A stretch of 32,028 nucleotides of DNA from a virus: the UHGV virus genome UHGV-0115055; one strand, written 5' to 3'. Both the position numbers and the translations under genes were made by a program. Below are positions 1 through 7,838 of the stretch, one piece after another. Under the pieces are notes generated by a model. It made no database searches, was not told the origin of the DNA, and saw only the letters and a program-made list of their open reading frames with translations. Position 1 is the first letter of the stretch, and each line of letters opens with the position of its first letter.

Positions 1-49
1 TACAATGCGGGTTTGAGCGGCATAAATTACCACTGAAAGCCCTTAAACG

Positions 50-1063
50 TTACTCTACTGTGGACACTGTGTGGACACTCTCGGCCTCAGTACCACCTCT
101 TAGCGGATTAAGAGAAATGGCGTCCTGAAGGTACTCTGGCGCAAAATGAGCGTAAACCATAGTTTGTTCAATCCGCGTGTGACCTAGTATCCGTTGTAGC
201 GTGATAATACTTCCTCCATTAATCATGAAATGAGTGGCAAAGCTGTGCCTTAGTGCATGTGTGGCTTGCCCCATTGGCAAATCCGGTTTTATTGCTTTCA
301 TTGTTCGTCTGAAGCGAGGGTAATCAGCATCAGGGAATAAAAAACCTCGTTTGTTATCCGCGATCATTTTGGCAACAGCCTCTGAGATCGGGACGGTGCG
401 TGGTTTGTTTGTTTTCGTTTTAACAAACGTGACGCGGTTATGGATGATATTTTCTGCTTTCAAACGAGCTGCTTCTCCCCAACGTGCTCCAGTACTCAGG
501 CAAAGAATCGCAATCTTTTTATTGTCGCCGTCAAGAGCAGCAAGCAGTAAGGCAATTTCTTCCTGCGTGAGATAGCCTGTGTCTGGTTTTTCCTCCTTAA
601 GCTTTTTTGTCCCTCTGATAGGGTGCTCACCAAAGAATAACTCCGCTTCAATCAGGGCTGTAAACATGCCGCTAATACATGTTAAATCACGATTGATACT
701 CGAAGGTTTAATACCCTGACTTCTTCGGGTGGCGCAGTACTGGCTGATAAGCGATTTCGTAATTTGAAATGCGCATGGGTCATTCGTTATTTTTGTGAAG
801 ATTTCAATTTTTCCAAGATTAGATTTCCCATGCTCTTCGTGTTTACCCTTTAAATCCCACCAGATCTGTGTCAGCTCCGACAGACGTCGCTTGTCTGTTG
901 GTTTTGATAGCCATTCTTTATTGTGGTGGTTGTACAACGTGTATTTCTCGAAAGCGACAGCTTCGCTTTTCTTATCAAACTTCCTACGGATGCGTTTTCC
1001 ATTACGTCCAGTAGGGCGGATGTCCACTTCATATCGACCATCATCGAGTTTTTTGATTGCCAT
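50..1063 (-). CDS. int: tyrosine site-specific integrase (P2 Int-like)
   Basis: 337 aa; C-terminal catalytic region HALRHSFATH...LGHTRIEQTMVYAHF carries the tyrosine-recombinase R/H-x-x-R/Y signature; GGAGGG RBS upstream of ATG at 1063; first gene of a P2-ordered prophage. Confidence 0.93.
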   Translation of the reverse strand: MAIKKLDDGRYEVDIRPTGRNGKRIRRKFDKKSEAVAFEKYTLYNHHNKEWLSKPTDKRRLSELTQIWWDLKGKHEEHGKSNLGKIEIFTKITNDPCAFQITKSLISQYCATRRSQGIKPSSINRDLTCISGMFTALIEAELFFGEHPIRGTKKLKEEKPDTGYLTQEEIALLLAALDGDNKKIAILCLSTGARWGEAARLKAENIIHNRVTFVKTKTNKPRTVPISEAVAKMIADNKRGFLFPDADYPRFRRTMKAIKPDLPMGQATHALRHSFATHFMINGGSIITLQRILGHTRIEQTMVYAHFAPEYLQDAISLNPLRGGTEAESVHTVSTVE

Positions 1064-1178
1064 CAGAAAACCCTCCGAGTGGTGTGTTTTTTGGCGACTA
1101 CTAATCGCTTTTTTCGTGGTGGCTGAAATTTAGCCACCAATAGTAGGCACTTGTGATGAATATATTCACGATGAATTG

Positions 1179-1478
1179 TTAACCAGTCTTTTGACCGGAG
1201 TGGGGCGACGTTGTTTCGTTTTGCCCAAAGTGTGCGAGAGCGGGCGCAATTTGCCCGGACTCAGGAGCGATCTGATTGGTCATGAACCATAAAGTGTATT
1301 TGGTGAATTGTGGGGTCTGCAGGATGTTCATCATGACATCTGTTGGAGGTGTTGAACGACCACTTTCATAGTAACTCAGCGTGCCATACGGAACCCCTGT
1401 TAAATCAGCAAGTTGTTGTCTGCTCAAATACTCTGATTTTCGCATTAAGACTATCTTCTCGCTTATCGTGTTTGACAT
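1179..1478 (-). CDS. C: immunity repressor (P2 C-like, HTH)
   Basis: 99 aa, same length as P2 C; helix-turn-helix-like segment LSRQQLADLTGVPYGTLSYYESG; divergent from cox across an operator-like intergenic region. Confidence 0.85.
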   Translation of the reverse strand: MSNTISEKIVLMRKSEYLSRQQLADLTGVPYGTLSYYESGRSTPPTDVMMNILQTPQFTKYTLWFMTNQIAPESGQIAPALAHFGQNETTSPHSGQKTG

Positions 1479-1592
1479 GGTGTTTAGATCTCAATAGTAT
1501 TTAGTTTAGATGTAGATTGTTTAGTGCTTGGATGTGTGCACTAAAAGGCATTATAAGGCATTAAACGCAATTCATGAGGGCTGGAGGACGAC
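1479..1592. promoter_or_regulatory. immunity switch region between C and cox (divergent promoters plus candidate operator repeats)
   Basis: Direct repeats GTTTAGAT at 1482-1489 and 1504-1511 (22 bp centre to centre, two helical turns) plus a partial third GTTTAGTG at 1519-1526; second repeat pair AGGCATTA at 1546-1553 and 1556-1563; AT-rich; sits between divergent repressor and cox genes. Confidence 0.5.
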
Positions 1593-1868
1593 ATGAGCAA
1601 GCAAGTAACACTCATGACTGATGCGATTCCTTATCAGGAGTTCGCAAAACTAATAGGAAAATCGACAGGAGCGGTTCGTCGGATGATCGATAAAGGAAAG
1701 CTGCCTGTAATTGATATGACCGATCCACAATCAGCTTCAGGTCGTGCAGGTGAATATTGGGTATACCTTCCGGCATGGAATAACGGACTAAAACTGGCTT
1801 ATGAAAGCCGCCCTAAAGAGATTCGTGACGGCTGGTTGATGTGGTTAGGTCTCGGTGAACCACGTTAA
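1593..1868 (+). CDS. cox: Cox-like excisionase / early-promoter repressor
   Basis: 91 aa as in P2 Cox; first gene of rightward early operon; GGAGGA RBS at 1583-1588. Confidence 0.85.
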   Translation: MSKQVTLMTDAIPYQEFAKLIGKSTGAVRRMIDKGKLPVIDMTDPQSASGRAGEYWVYLPAWNNGLKLAYESRPKEIRDGWLMWLGLGEPR

Positions 1869-1878
1869 GGAGAACCGT

Positions 1879-2049
1879 ATGAATGAACCTCGTTGTATTG
1901 CTCAGTTATTGCGTAACGAAAGCCCCAGGGCGATTGACTTCACCATCACCCACGGTAAGGGGCGTAAGGGAATCATTATCCGCACCAAAAAACAGAGTCC
2001 GTTAAAAAAGGCTCTGACCTTTCTGAAAAGCCGGAGGGTATGGAAATGA
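1879..2049 (+). CDS. small hypothetical early protein (P2 orf78 position)
   Basis: Track ORF 1855-2049 overlaps cox; internal ATG at 1879 is preceded by AAGGAG (1867-1872), so the start was trimmed. Position matches the small ORF between cox and B in P2. Confidence 0.45.
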   Translation: MNEPRCIAQLLRNESPRAIDFTITHGKGRKGIIIRTKKQSPLKKALTFLKSRRVWK

Positions 2050-2546
2050 CAGTGATGACGCTCAATCTCGTTGAAAAACAGCCAGCAGCTATGCGCCGGA
2101 TAATTGGTAAGCATCTTGCCGTTCCTCGCTGGCAGGATACATGTGATTATTATAATCAGATGATGGAGCGCGAACGGCTAACGGTTTGCTTTCATGCGCA
2201 GTTAAAACAGCGTCACGCAACGATGCGTTTTGAAGAAATGAACGACGTCGAACGTGAACGACTGGTTTGTGCAATTGATGAATTGCGTGGCGCATTCTCA
2301 AAACGCCGTCAGGTCGGCGCAAGTGAGTATGCATATATTAGTTTTTTAACAGTCAGTCAGCGTCGTACTTTATTTATGCATGCCGGATTGACTGAAAAAG
2401 AATTCAACCAGCCATACTGGCGAATTAATGAAGAATCATGTTACTGGCGTGATGCTTTATTCCGTGCATTACGTGAATTATTCAGTCTGTTTGAGTATGC
2501 ACCGACAATTCTGACGTCGGTAAAACCAGAGCAATATCTGCATTAA
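2046..2546 (+). CDS. B: P2 gpB-like replication-associated protein (helicase-loading role in P2)
   Basis: 166-168 aa, matching P2 B in size and position between cox and orf80-83/A. Function inferred from synteny only. Confidence 0.6.
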   Translation: MTVMTLNLVEKQPAAMRRIIGKHLAVPRWQDTCDYYNQMMERERLTVCFHAQLKQRHATMRFEEMNDVERERLVCAIDELRGAFSKRRQVGASEYAYISFLTVSQRRTLFMHAGLTEKEFNQPYWRINEESCYWRDALFRALRELFSLFEYAPTILTSVKPEQYLH

Positions 2547-2609
2547 ATAATTAACCAGAGTTTTTAACGCACTTAATCGTGCGGAGCTTCTTTTTGCCTG
2601 GAGAAAGTC

Positions 2610-2834
2610 ATGCATACAGTTTCTGAAAATCAGTGCGGTAAATACGCATTACTGCTGCAACAGGCCAGAACCGAAGCACAGGCCGACGCTGCGACGCGCT
2701 TTTCTTCTCATCTTGACGCCATGATTCGCCACATCACAAAGGCGGAGTTATCCCGCGTGGAGATAGTTGAGCTGCTCAGTCAGGAGTCGGAAAAATTTCA
2801 CAATATCGGATTGTCTCGCGGGGAGGTGCTTTGA
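2610..2834 (+). CDS. hypothetical early protein (P2 orf80 position)
   Basis: 74 aa ORF in the early operon; start overlaps neighbouring genes in operon fashion. Confidence 0.6.
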   Translation: MHTVSENQCGKYALLLQQARTEAQADAATRFSSHLDAMIRHITKAELSRVEIVELLSQESEKFHNIGLSRGEVL

Positions 2835-3136
2835 TGTCCTGTTCTCGTTCGGTTGTATTACTGAATAACGCCTTAAAAATCGCCGTTATGAAAAATGGTG
2901 ATTTGTCTCTTATTCAACTTGGTCTTGATAAAGAAAAACGCGAAATAACTGAGTCTGTTATCGCGATTTATCAGAACGAATTAAATCTCCTGTCTGATGT
3001 GGTCAATTTACTTGTTAAACGCGCTGTATTTCACAAGAAAATCTCCTCCGTGGATGAACTGACAAAATTAACGACAGAAATTGCCAGCTATTGCGCTGAT
3101 GAATTTAAAAAACTTAACGACAAAAGGAGCTGGTAA
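2831..3136 (+). CDS. hypothetical early protein (P2 orf81 position)
   Basis: 101 aa; ATGA overlap with the upstream ORF stop, indicating translational coupling. Confidence 0.6.
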   Translation: MMSCSRSVVLLNNALKIAVMKNGDLSLIQLGLDKEKREITESVIAIYQNELNLLSDVVNLLVKRAVFHKKISSVDELTKLTTEIASYCADEFKKLNDKRSW

Positions 3137-3360
3137 TGCCGGACAACGTAGATTTTATTCAGGAACAACAGGCTGAATTACTGGAGCGTCAGATTAACGC
3201 GGCAAGGGTAAAACATTGCGGTGCTTCTGCGCTGGTTTGCGAAGAGTGTGACGCGCCAATACCTGCTGCCCGTCGTGCGGCTTATCCGTCAGCCACGCGT
3301 TGTGTTTCCTGTCAGTCAGTCTTTGAAGCAAAAAACAAACATTACCGGAGAACGGCATGA
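3136..3360 (+). CDS. TraR/DksA-family C4 zinc-finger protein (P2 orf82 position)
   Basis: 74 aa with CxxC-x17-CxxC arrangement (CEECDAP...CVSCQ), typical of TraR/DksA-type zinc fingers. Confidence 0.75.
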   Translation: MPDNVDFIQEQQAELLERQINAARVKHCGASALVCEECDAPIPAARRAAYPSATRCVSCQSVFEAKNKHYRRTA

Positions 3361-3632
3361 GTATTCGTATTGAAATTGGCGAACGTTATGTCGTTACCAG
3401 TGACAGCTTTCAGTTTATTCTCCACGAGAAAAAGAGAGCGGAAAGCGGTAAAAACGCCGGTCAGGAATGGCTGGCGGTGGTTGGTTATTACCCGAAATTA
3501 AGCCAGCTCGTTTCCGGCCTGATGCATCACGATATTCTGACCGGAAGCGCAAAATCTTTTGCTGATTTAAACGCGCAGGTTGAGCAACTCAGCAGGCGTT
3601 GTTCAGAGGCTTTTGGCTCACATGGACGTTAA
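3357..3632 (+). CDS. hypothetical early protein (P2 orf83 position)
   Basis: 91 aa ORF immediately upstream of A, overlapping its start. Confidence 0.6.
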   Translation: MSIRIEIGERYVVTSDSFQFILHEKKRAESGKNAGQEWLAVVGYYPKLSQLVSGLMHHDILTGSAKSFADLNAQVEQLSRRCSEAFGSHGR

Positions 3633-5907
3633 AGCCTCCGGGCGTTTTGTCCCTCCGTCAGCATTTGCCGCAGGCACCGGTAAGACGTTTACCGGTGCTT
3701 ATGCATGGAACGCGCCACGCGAGGCCGTCGGGCGCGAAAGACCCCTTACACGTGACGAGATGCGTCAGGTGCAAGGTGTTTTATCCACGATTAACCGCCT
3801 GCCTTACTTTTTGCGTTCGCTGTTTACTTCACGCTATGACTACATCCGGCGCAATAAAAGCCCGGTGCACGGGTTTTATTTCCTCACATCCACTTTTCAG
3901 CGTCGTTTATGGCCGCGCATTGAGCGCGTGAATCAGCGCCATGAAATGAACACCGACGCGTCGTTGCTGTTTCTGGCAGAGCGTGACCACTATGCGCGCC
4001 TGCCTGGAATGAATGACAAGGAGCTGAAAAAGTTTGCCGCCCGTATCTCATCGCAGCTTTTCATGATGTATGAGGAACTCTGCGATGCATGGGGTGATGC
4101 GCATGGTGAAAAAGAATCGCTGTTTACGGATGAGGCGCAGGCTCACCTCTATGGTCATGTTGCTGGCGCTGCACGTGCTTTCAATATTTCCCCGCTCTAC
4201 TGGAAAAAATACCGTAAAGGACAGATGACCACGAGGCAGGCATATTCTGCCATTGCCCGTCTGTTTAACGATGAGTGGTGGATTAGTCAGCTTAAAGGCC
4301 AGCGTATGCGCTGGCATGAGGCGTTACTGATTGCTGTCGGGGAGGTCAATAAAGACCGTTCTCCTTATGCCAGTAAACATGCCATTCGTGATGTGCGTGC
4401 GCGCCGCCAGGCAAATCTGGAATTTCTTAAATCGTGTGACCTTGAAAACAGGGAAACCGGCGAGCGCATCGACCTTATCAGTAAGGTGATGGGCAGTATT
4501 TCTAATCCTGAAATTCGCCGGATGGAGCTGATGAACACCATTGCCGGTATTGAGCGTTACGCCGCCGCAGAGGGTGATGTGGGGATGTTTATCACGCTGA
4601 CCGCGCCGTCAAAGTATCACCCGACACGTCAGGTCGGAAAAGGCGAAAGTAAAACCGTTCAGCTTAATCACGGCTGGAACGATGAGGCATTTAATCCAAA
4701 GGATGCGCAGCGTTATCTCTGCCGTATCTGGAGCCTGATGCGCACGGCATTCAAGGATAATGATTTACAGGTCTACGGTTTGCGAGTCGTCGAGCCACAC
4801 CACGACGGAACGCCGCACTGGCATATGATGCTTTTTTGTCATCCACGCCAGCGTAACCAGATTATCGAAATCATGCGTCGCTATGCGCTCAAAGAGGATG
4901 GCGACGAAAGAGGAGCCGCGCGAAACCGTTTTCAGGCAAAACACCTTAACCGGGGCGGTGCTGCGGGATATATCGCGAAATACATTTCAAAAAACATCGA
5001 CGGCTATGCACTGGATGGTCAGCTCGATAACGACACCGGCAGGCCGCTGAAAGACACTGCAGCGGCTGTTACCGCATGGGCGTCAACGTGGCGCATTCCG
5101 CAATTTAAAACAGTTGGCCTGCCGACAATGGGGGCTTACCGTGAACTACGCAAATTGCCTCGCGGCGTCAGCATTGCTGATGAGTTTGACGAGCGCGTCG
5201 AGGCTGCACGCGCCGCCGCAGACAGTGGTGATTTTGCGTTGTATATCAGCGCGCAGGGTGGGGCAAATGTCCCGCGCGATTGTCAGACTGTCAGGGTCGC
5301 CCGTAGCCCGTCGGATGACGTTAACGAGTATGAGGAAGAAGTCGAGAGAGTGGTCGGCATTTACGCGCCGCATCTCGGCGCGCGTCATATTCATATCACC
5401 AGAACGACGGACTGGCGCATTGTGCCGAAAGTTCCGGTCGTGGAGCCTTTGACTTTAAAAAGCGGCATCGCCGCGCCTCGGAGTCCTGTCAATAACTGTG
5501 GAAAGCTCACCGGTGGTGATACCTCGTTACCGGCTCCCACACCTTCTGAACACGCCGCAGCAGTGCTTAATCTGGTTGATGATGGTGTTATCGAATGGAA
5601 TGACCCGGAGGTCGTGAGGGCGCTCAGGGGGGCATTAAAACACGGCCTGAGAACATCTAATCGTCAGCAAAGAAACGGAAGCCCGTTAAAACCACATGAA
5701 ATAGCACCGTCGGCCAGACTGACCCGGTCGGAACGATTGCAAATTACCCGTATCCGCGTTGACCTCGCTCAGAACGGTATCAGGCCGCAACGATGGGAGC
5801 TTGAGGTGCTGGCGCGTGGCGCGACCGTAAATTATGACGGGAAAAAATTCACGTATCCGGTCGCTGATGAGTGGCCGGGATTCTCAACAGTAATGGCGCG
5901 GATATAA
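3622..5907 (+). CDS. A: rolling-circle replication initiation endonuclease (P2 gpA-like)
   Basis: ~761 aa from ATG at 3622 (track ORF begins at 3580 but overlaps orf83; the MDVKASGRFVPP start fits P2 A). Contains HUH-type motif (HHDGTPHWHMMLF) and catalytic-tyrosine region (GYIAKYISKN) typical of rolling-circle initiators. Confidence 0.93.
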   Translation: MDVKASGRFVPPSAFAAGTGKTFTGAYAWNAPREAVGRERPLTRDEMRQVQGVLSTINRLPYFLRSLFTSRYDYIRRNKSPVHGFYFLTSTFQRRLWPRIERVNQRHEMNTDASLLFLAERDHYARLPGMNDKELKKFAARISSQLFMMYEELCDAWGDAHGEKESLFTDEAQAHLYGHVAGAARAFNISPLYWKKYRKGQMTTRQAYSAIARLFNDEWWISQLKGQRMRWHEALLIAVGEVNKDRSPYASKHAIRDVRARRQANLEFLKSCDLENRETGERIDLISKVMGSISNPEIRRMELMNTIAGIERYAAAEGDVGMFITLTAPSKYHPTRQVGKGESKTVQLNHGWNDEAFNPKDAQRYLCRIWSLMRTAFKDNDLQVYGLRVVEPHHDGTPHWHMMLFCHPRQRNQIIEIMRRYALKEDGDERGAARNRFQAKHLNRGGAAGYIAKYISKNIDGYALDGQLDNDTGRPLKDTAAAVTAWASTWRIPQFKTVGLPTMGAYRELRKLPRGVSIADEFDERVEAARAAADSGDFALYISAQGGANVPRDCQTVRVARSPSDDVNEYEEEVERVVGIYAPHLGARHIHITRTTDWRIVPKVPVVEPLTLKSGIAAPRSPVNNCGKLTGGDTSLPAPTPSEHAAAVLNLVDDGVIEWNDPEVVRALRGALKHGLRTSNRQQRNGSPLKPHEIAPSARLTRSERLQITRIRVDLAQNGIRPQRWELEVLARGATVNYDGKKFTYPVADEWPGFSTVMARI

Positions 5908-6210
5908 TGACAAAGATTCACAAAGTAAAGCTGCACGCAAGATATTTCAACCTTGTGCTGGAGGGAAAAGAAACGCACAGAATTTAGGGGGATAGCCGTT
6001 ATCATGTGTATGAAGCACTTGAAATGTATCTGCATCACTTGGGAGTGTGTCAACGGGGAATTTCCATCTATGTGATTTTTTGAGAGCAATGCAGTGAAGA
6101 TAAAGATACTTATTATAAATCAATGTGATAGATGGTGCCTCGCAAACGTAAATGATAGTTTTGAAGCTTCAGGGCTGATGTCGTTCATAAGACTATGTTT
6201 ACGCTATCAT

Positions 6211-6241
6211 TTATGATAAAAATAATTAATTTTTATCATAA
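6211..6241. promoter_or_regulatory. 31-bp perfect palindrome (13-bp arms TTATGATAAAAAT / ATTTTTATCATAA, 5-bp spacer AATTA) immediately upstream of the island 1 nuclease-like gene; candidate operator
   Basis: Read directly from sequence; lies 17-23 bp upstream of the likely start codons (6258/6264). Confidence 0.5.
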
Positions 6242-6257
6242 AGATTCAACAGAGGAT

Positions 6258-7769
6258 ATGTTGATGAATCAACTAAAATCAATGAATATCAATAAGTTAC
6301 TTTTGGATGTTGATAACCCTCGTTTCCCGACGTCAGCAGAAAATCAGCGTGATGCTATTGCCAAGATGCTTGACATGCAGTACGACCGCATTTATCGCTT
6401 GGCTAAAGATATTGCTTCGAAAGGTTTAGATCCGTCTGAAAACATATTAGTTTATCCTAGTGAAGAGGAATCTGGCTTTTTCGTCGTTGCTGAAGGTAAT
6501 CGTCGAGTTACAGCCCTTAAACTTTTACACTCTCCTAGACTTGCACCAACAGAAAAAGCACGGAAAGCTTTTGAAAAACTTAAGATTACTCAGCTTAAAG
6601 ATATTAATGTTATAGATAACTGCGTTCTTTTTGACGATGATGAATATGAGCATTGGGTCAATTTAAAGCATACTGGTCAAAATGCTGGAGTTGGAAGAGT
6701 TGAATGGACTGCAACAGAAAAAGCACGACATCTGGCTAGGATGGGTAAGCAGTCATTTGGTAATCAAATACTTACATTTATAGAGTTCAATACTGATTTA
6801 TATAAAGAGATAATTGCTAAAAAAAGACTTTTAAAAATCACAAACATCACGCGTCTTTTTGGTGATTTAAAGGTGAGGGATTATTTTAATTTAAAAAGCA
6901 TTAATGGAGTTCTATACTCATATCAGCCTTATGAACGTTTTTGTGCACAATTAAAAAATATTTTAGATGTAATGATTGAAGAGGATGATAAAGGTAAGGC
7001 TTGTTTTACTGTTAATAGGATTCGTAGCCAAGATGACAGGGTTACATTTATTATTGAACAAAAAATAAAACCTTCAGAATCTCTTTTAGATAAGCCGTGG
7101 AGTTTACTGGAGCCTAAATCTTTTCTTACAGAGAAAAAACATGATTCTATTGACAAGAATGATGCATCTGTGAGTGTAAAGAAAGTAGGTCTTTCAGAAG
7201 GTGATGCCTTAAAGAATACAGGTGTGGATAAACAGGAAGATGATTATTCTAGACATGTAGGCACAGAAGAGAGTAAATCTAAAGTTTCGGGCACGGAACA
7301 GAATAAAAACAAGGGAAAAACTCCTCCTAAAGTAGATCGTAATGTGTTGGTGCCATCTTATGTGAAATTTAATTTTAGAGGGCATAAGAAATGCTCTAGA
7401 ATATTTAATGAGCTTAAGTCGCATCTGACATTTGATAACACCCCTAATGCTATCTCAATATTGTTGAGAATATTTATAGATCTCTCTGTAAGCACTTTTG
7501 TTGAAGAAAACAAGTTACAATTTAAGGAACCACATAGAACTCCAGGGCTTCATGATAAGGTTAAAATGTGTGCTAATTTCCTTCGGGAAAATAAAAAGAT
7601 GACGGGGAGTCAATGTACGGCTGTAATAACTTTCTCGAGCCAAATAACTAAACATGATGGTTCATTGCAGCAGTATGTACATAACCCACACTTAATTCCC
7701 TCAAAAGAGGCTGTCAACACTGAGTGGGATAACTTTGAGTTGTTATTAAGCCTTATTTGGAGTGAGTGA
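6258..7769 (+). CDS. ParB/Srx-like N-terminal domain protein (putative nuclease or NTP-dependent DNA-binding effector), cargo gene
   Basis: Track ORF 6195-7769 (524 aa); likely start at ATG 6258 or 6264 (GAGGA at 6252-6256; the palindrome would otherwise be inside the coding region). N-terminus has ParB-box-like motifs: LLLDVDNPRFP (like the ParB ...NP.QPR motif) and VVAEGNRRVTALKLL (like GxRRxxA). A K/E/S-rich low-complexity linker near 7100-7350 precedes an uncharacterised C-terminal domain. AT-rich codon usage unlike the backbone. Confidence 0.7.
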   Translation: MLMNQLKSMNINKLLLDVDNPRFPTSAENQRDAIAKMLDMQYDRIYRLAKDIASKGLDPSENILVYPSEEESGFFVVAEGNRRVTALKLLHSPRLAPTEKARKAFEKLKITQLKDINVIDNCVLFDDDEYEHWVNLKHTGQNAGVGRVEWTATEKARHLARMGKQSFGNQILTFIEFNTDLYKEIIAKKRLLKITNITRLFGDLKVRDYFNLKSINGVLYSYQPYERFCAQLKNILDVMIEEDDKGKACFTVNRIRSQDDRVTFIIEQKIKPSESLLDKPWSLLEPKSFLTEKKHDSIDKNDASVSVKKVGLSEGDALKNTGVDKQEDDYSRHVGTEESKSKVSGTEQNKNKGKTPPKVDRNVLVPSYVKFNFRGHKKCSRIFNELKSHLTFDNTPNAISILLRIFIDLSVSTFVEENKLQFKEPHRTPGLHDKVKMCANFLRENKKMTGSQCTAVITFSSQITKHDGSLQQYVHNPHLIPSKEAVNTEWDNFELLLSLIWSE

Positions 7770-7838
7770 GATTTGTCTACATCTGGACATGGATGTCCAG
7801 AAACTGATAAACTACAAAATCAGGAATGAGAGGGATTT

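Noticed and set aside
59-79. Tandem direct repeat TGTGGACACT x2 near the left edge, considered as att core or Int arm-binding site
   Set aside because: It lies inside the int coding sequence (encoding the C-terminal ...HTVSTVE) and I cannot verify an att core from the 49 bp of flank available; the attachment site is probably outside the window.
1064-1178. Inverted repeat TGGTGGCT-GAAATTT-AGCCACCA between int and C, considered as a terminator
   Set aside because: No U-run follows the hairpin on the strand that is transcribed through it (C and int are co-transcribed leftward in P2), so a terminator call is unsupported.
3599-3931. 110 aa ORF in an alternative frame at the 5' end of gene A
   Set aside because: Fully overlapped by A, whose frame matches the expected rolling-circle initiator; likely non-coding.
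5832-6089. 85 aa minus-strand ORF spanning the A stop and the island 1 boundary
   Set aside because: Overlaps the 3' end of A on the opposite strand; no RBS; more likely chance ORF, though the boundary region itself is noted in findings.
6195-6257. Upstream ATG (6195) given as the start of the 524 aa ORF in the track
   Set aside because: This start would put the 31-bp palindrome and the GAGGA RBS inside the coding region; downstream ATGs at 6258/6264 are better placed. Kept as an uncertainty, not a separate feature.
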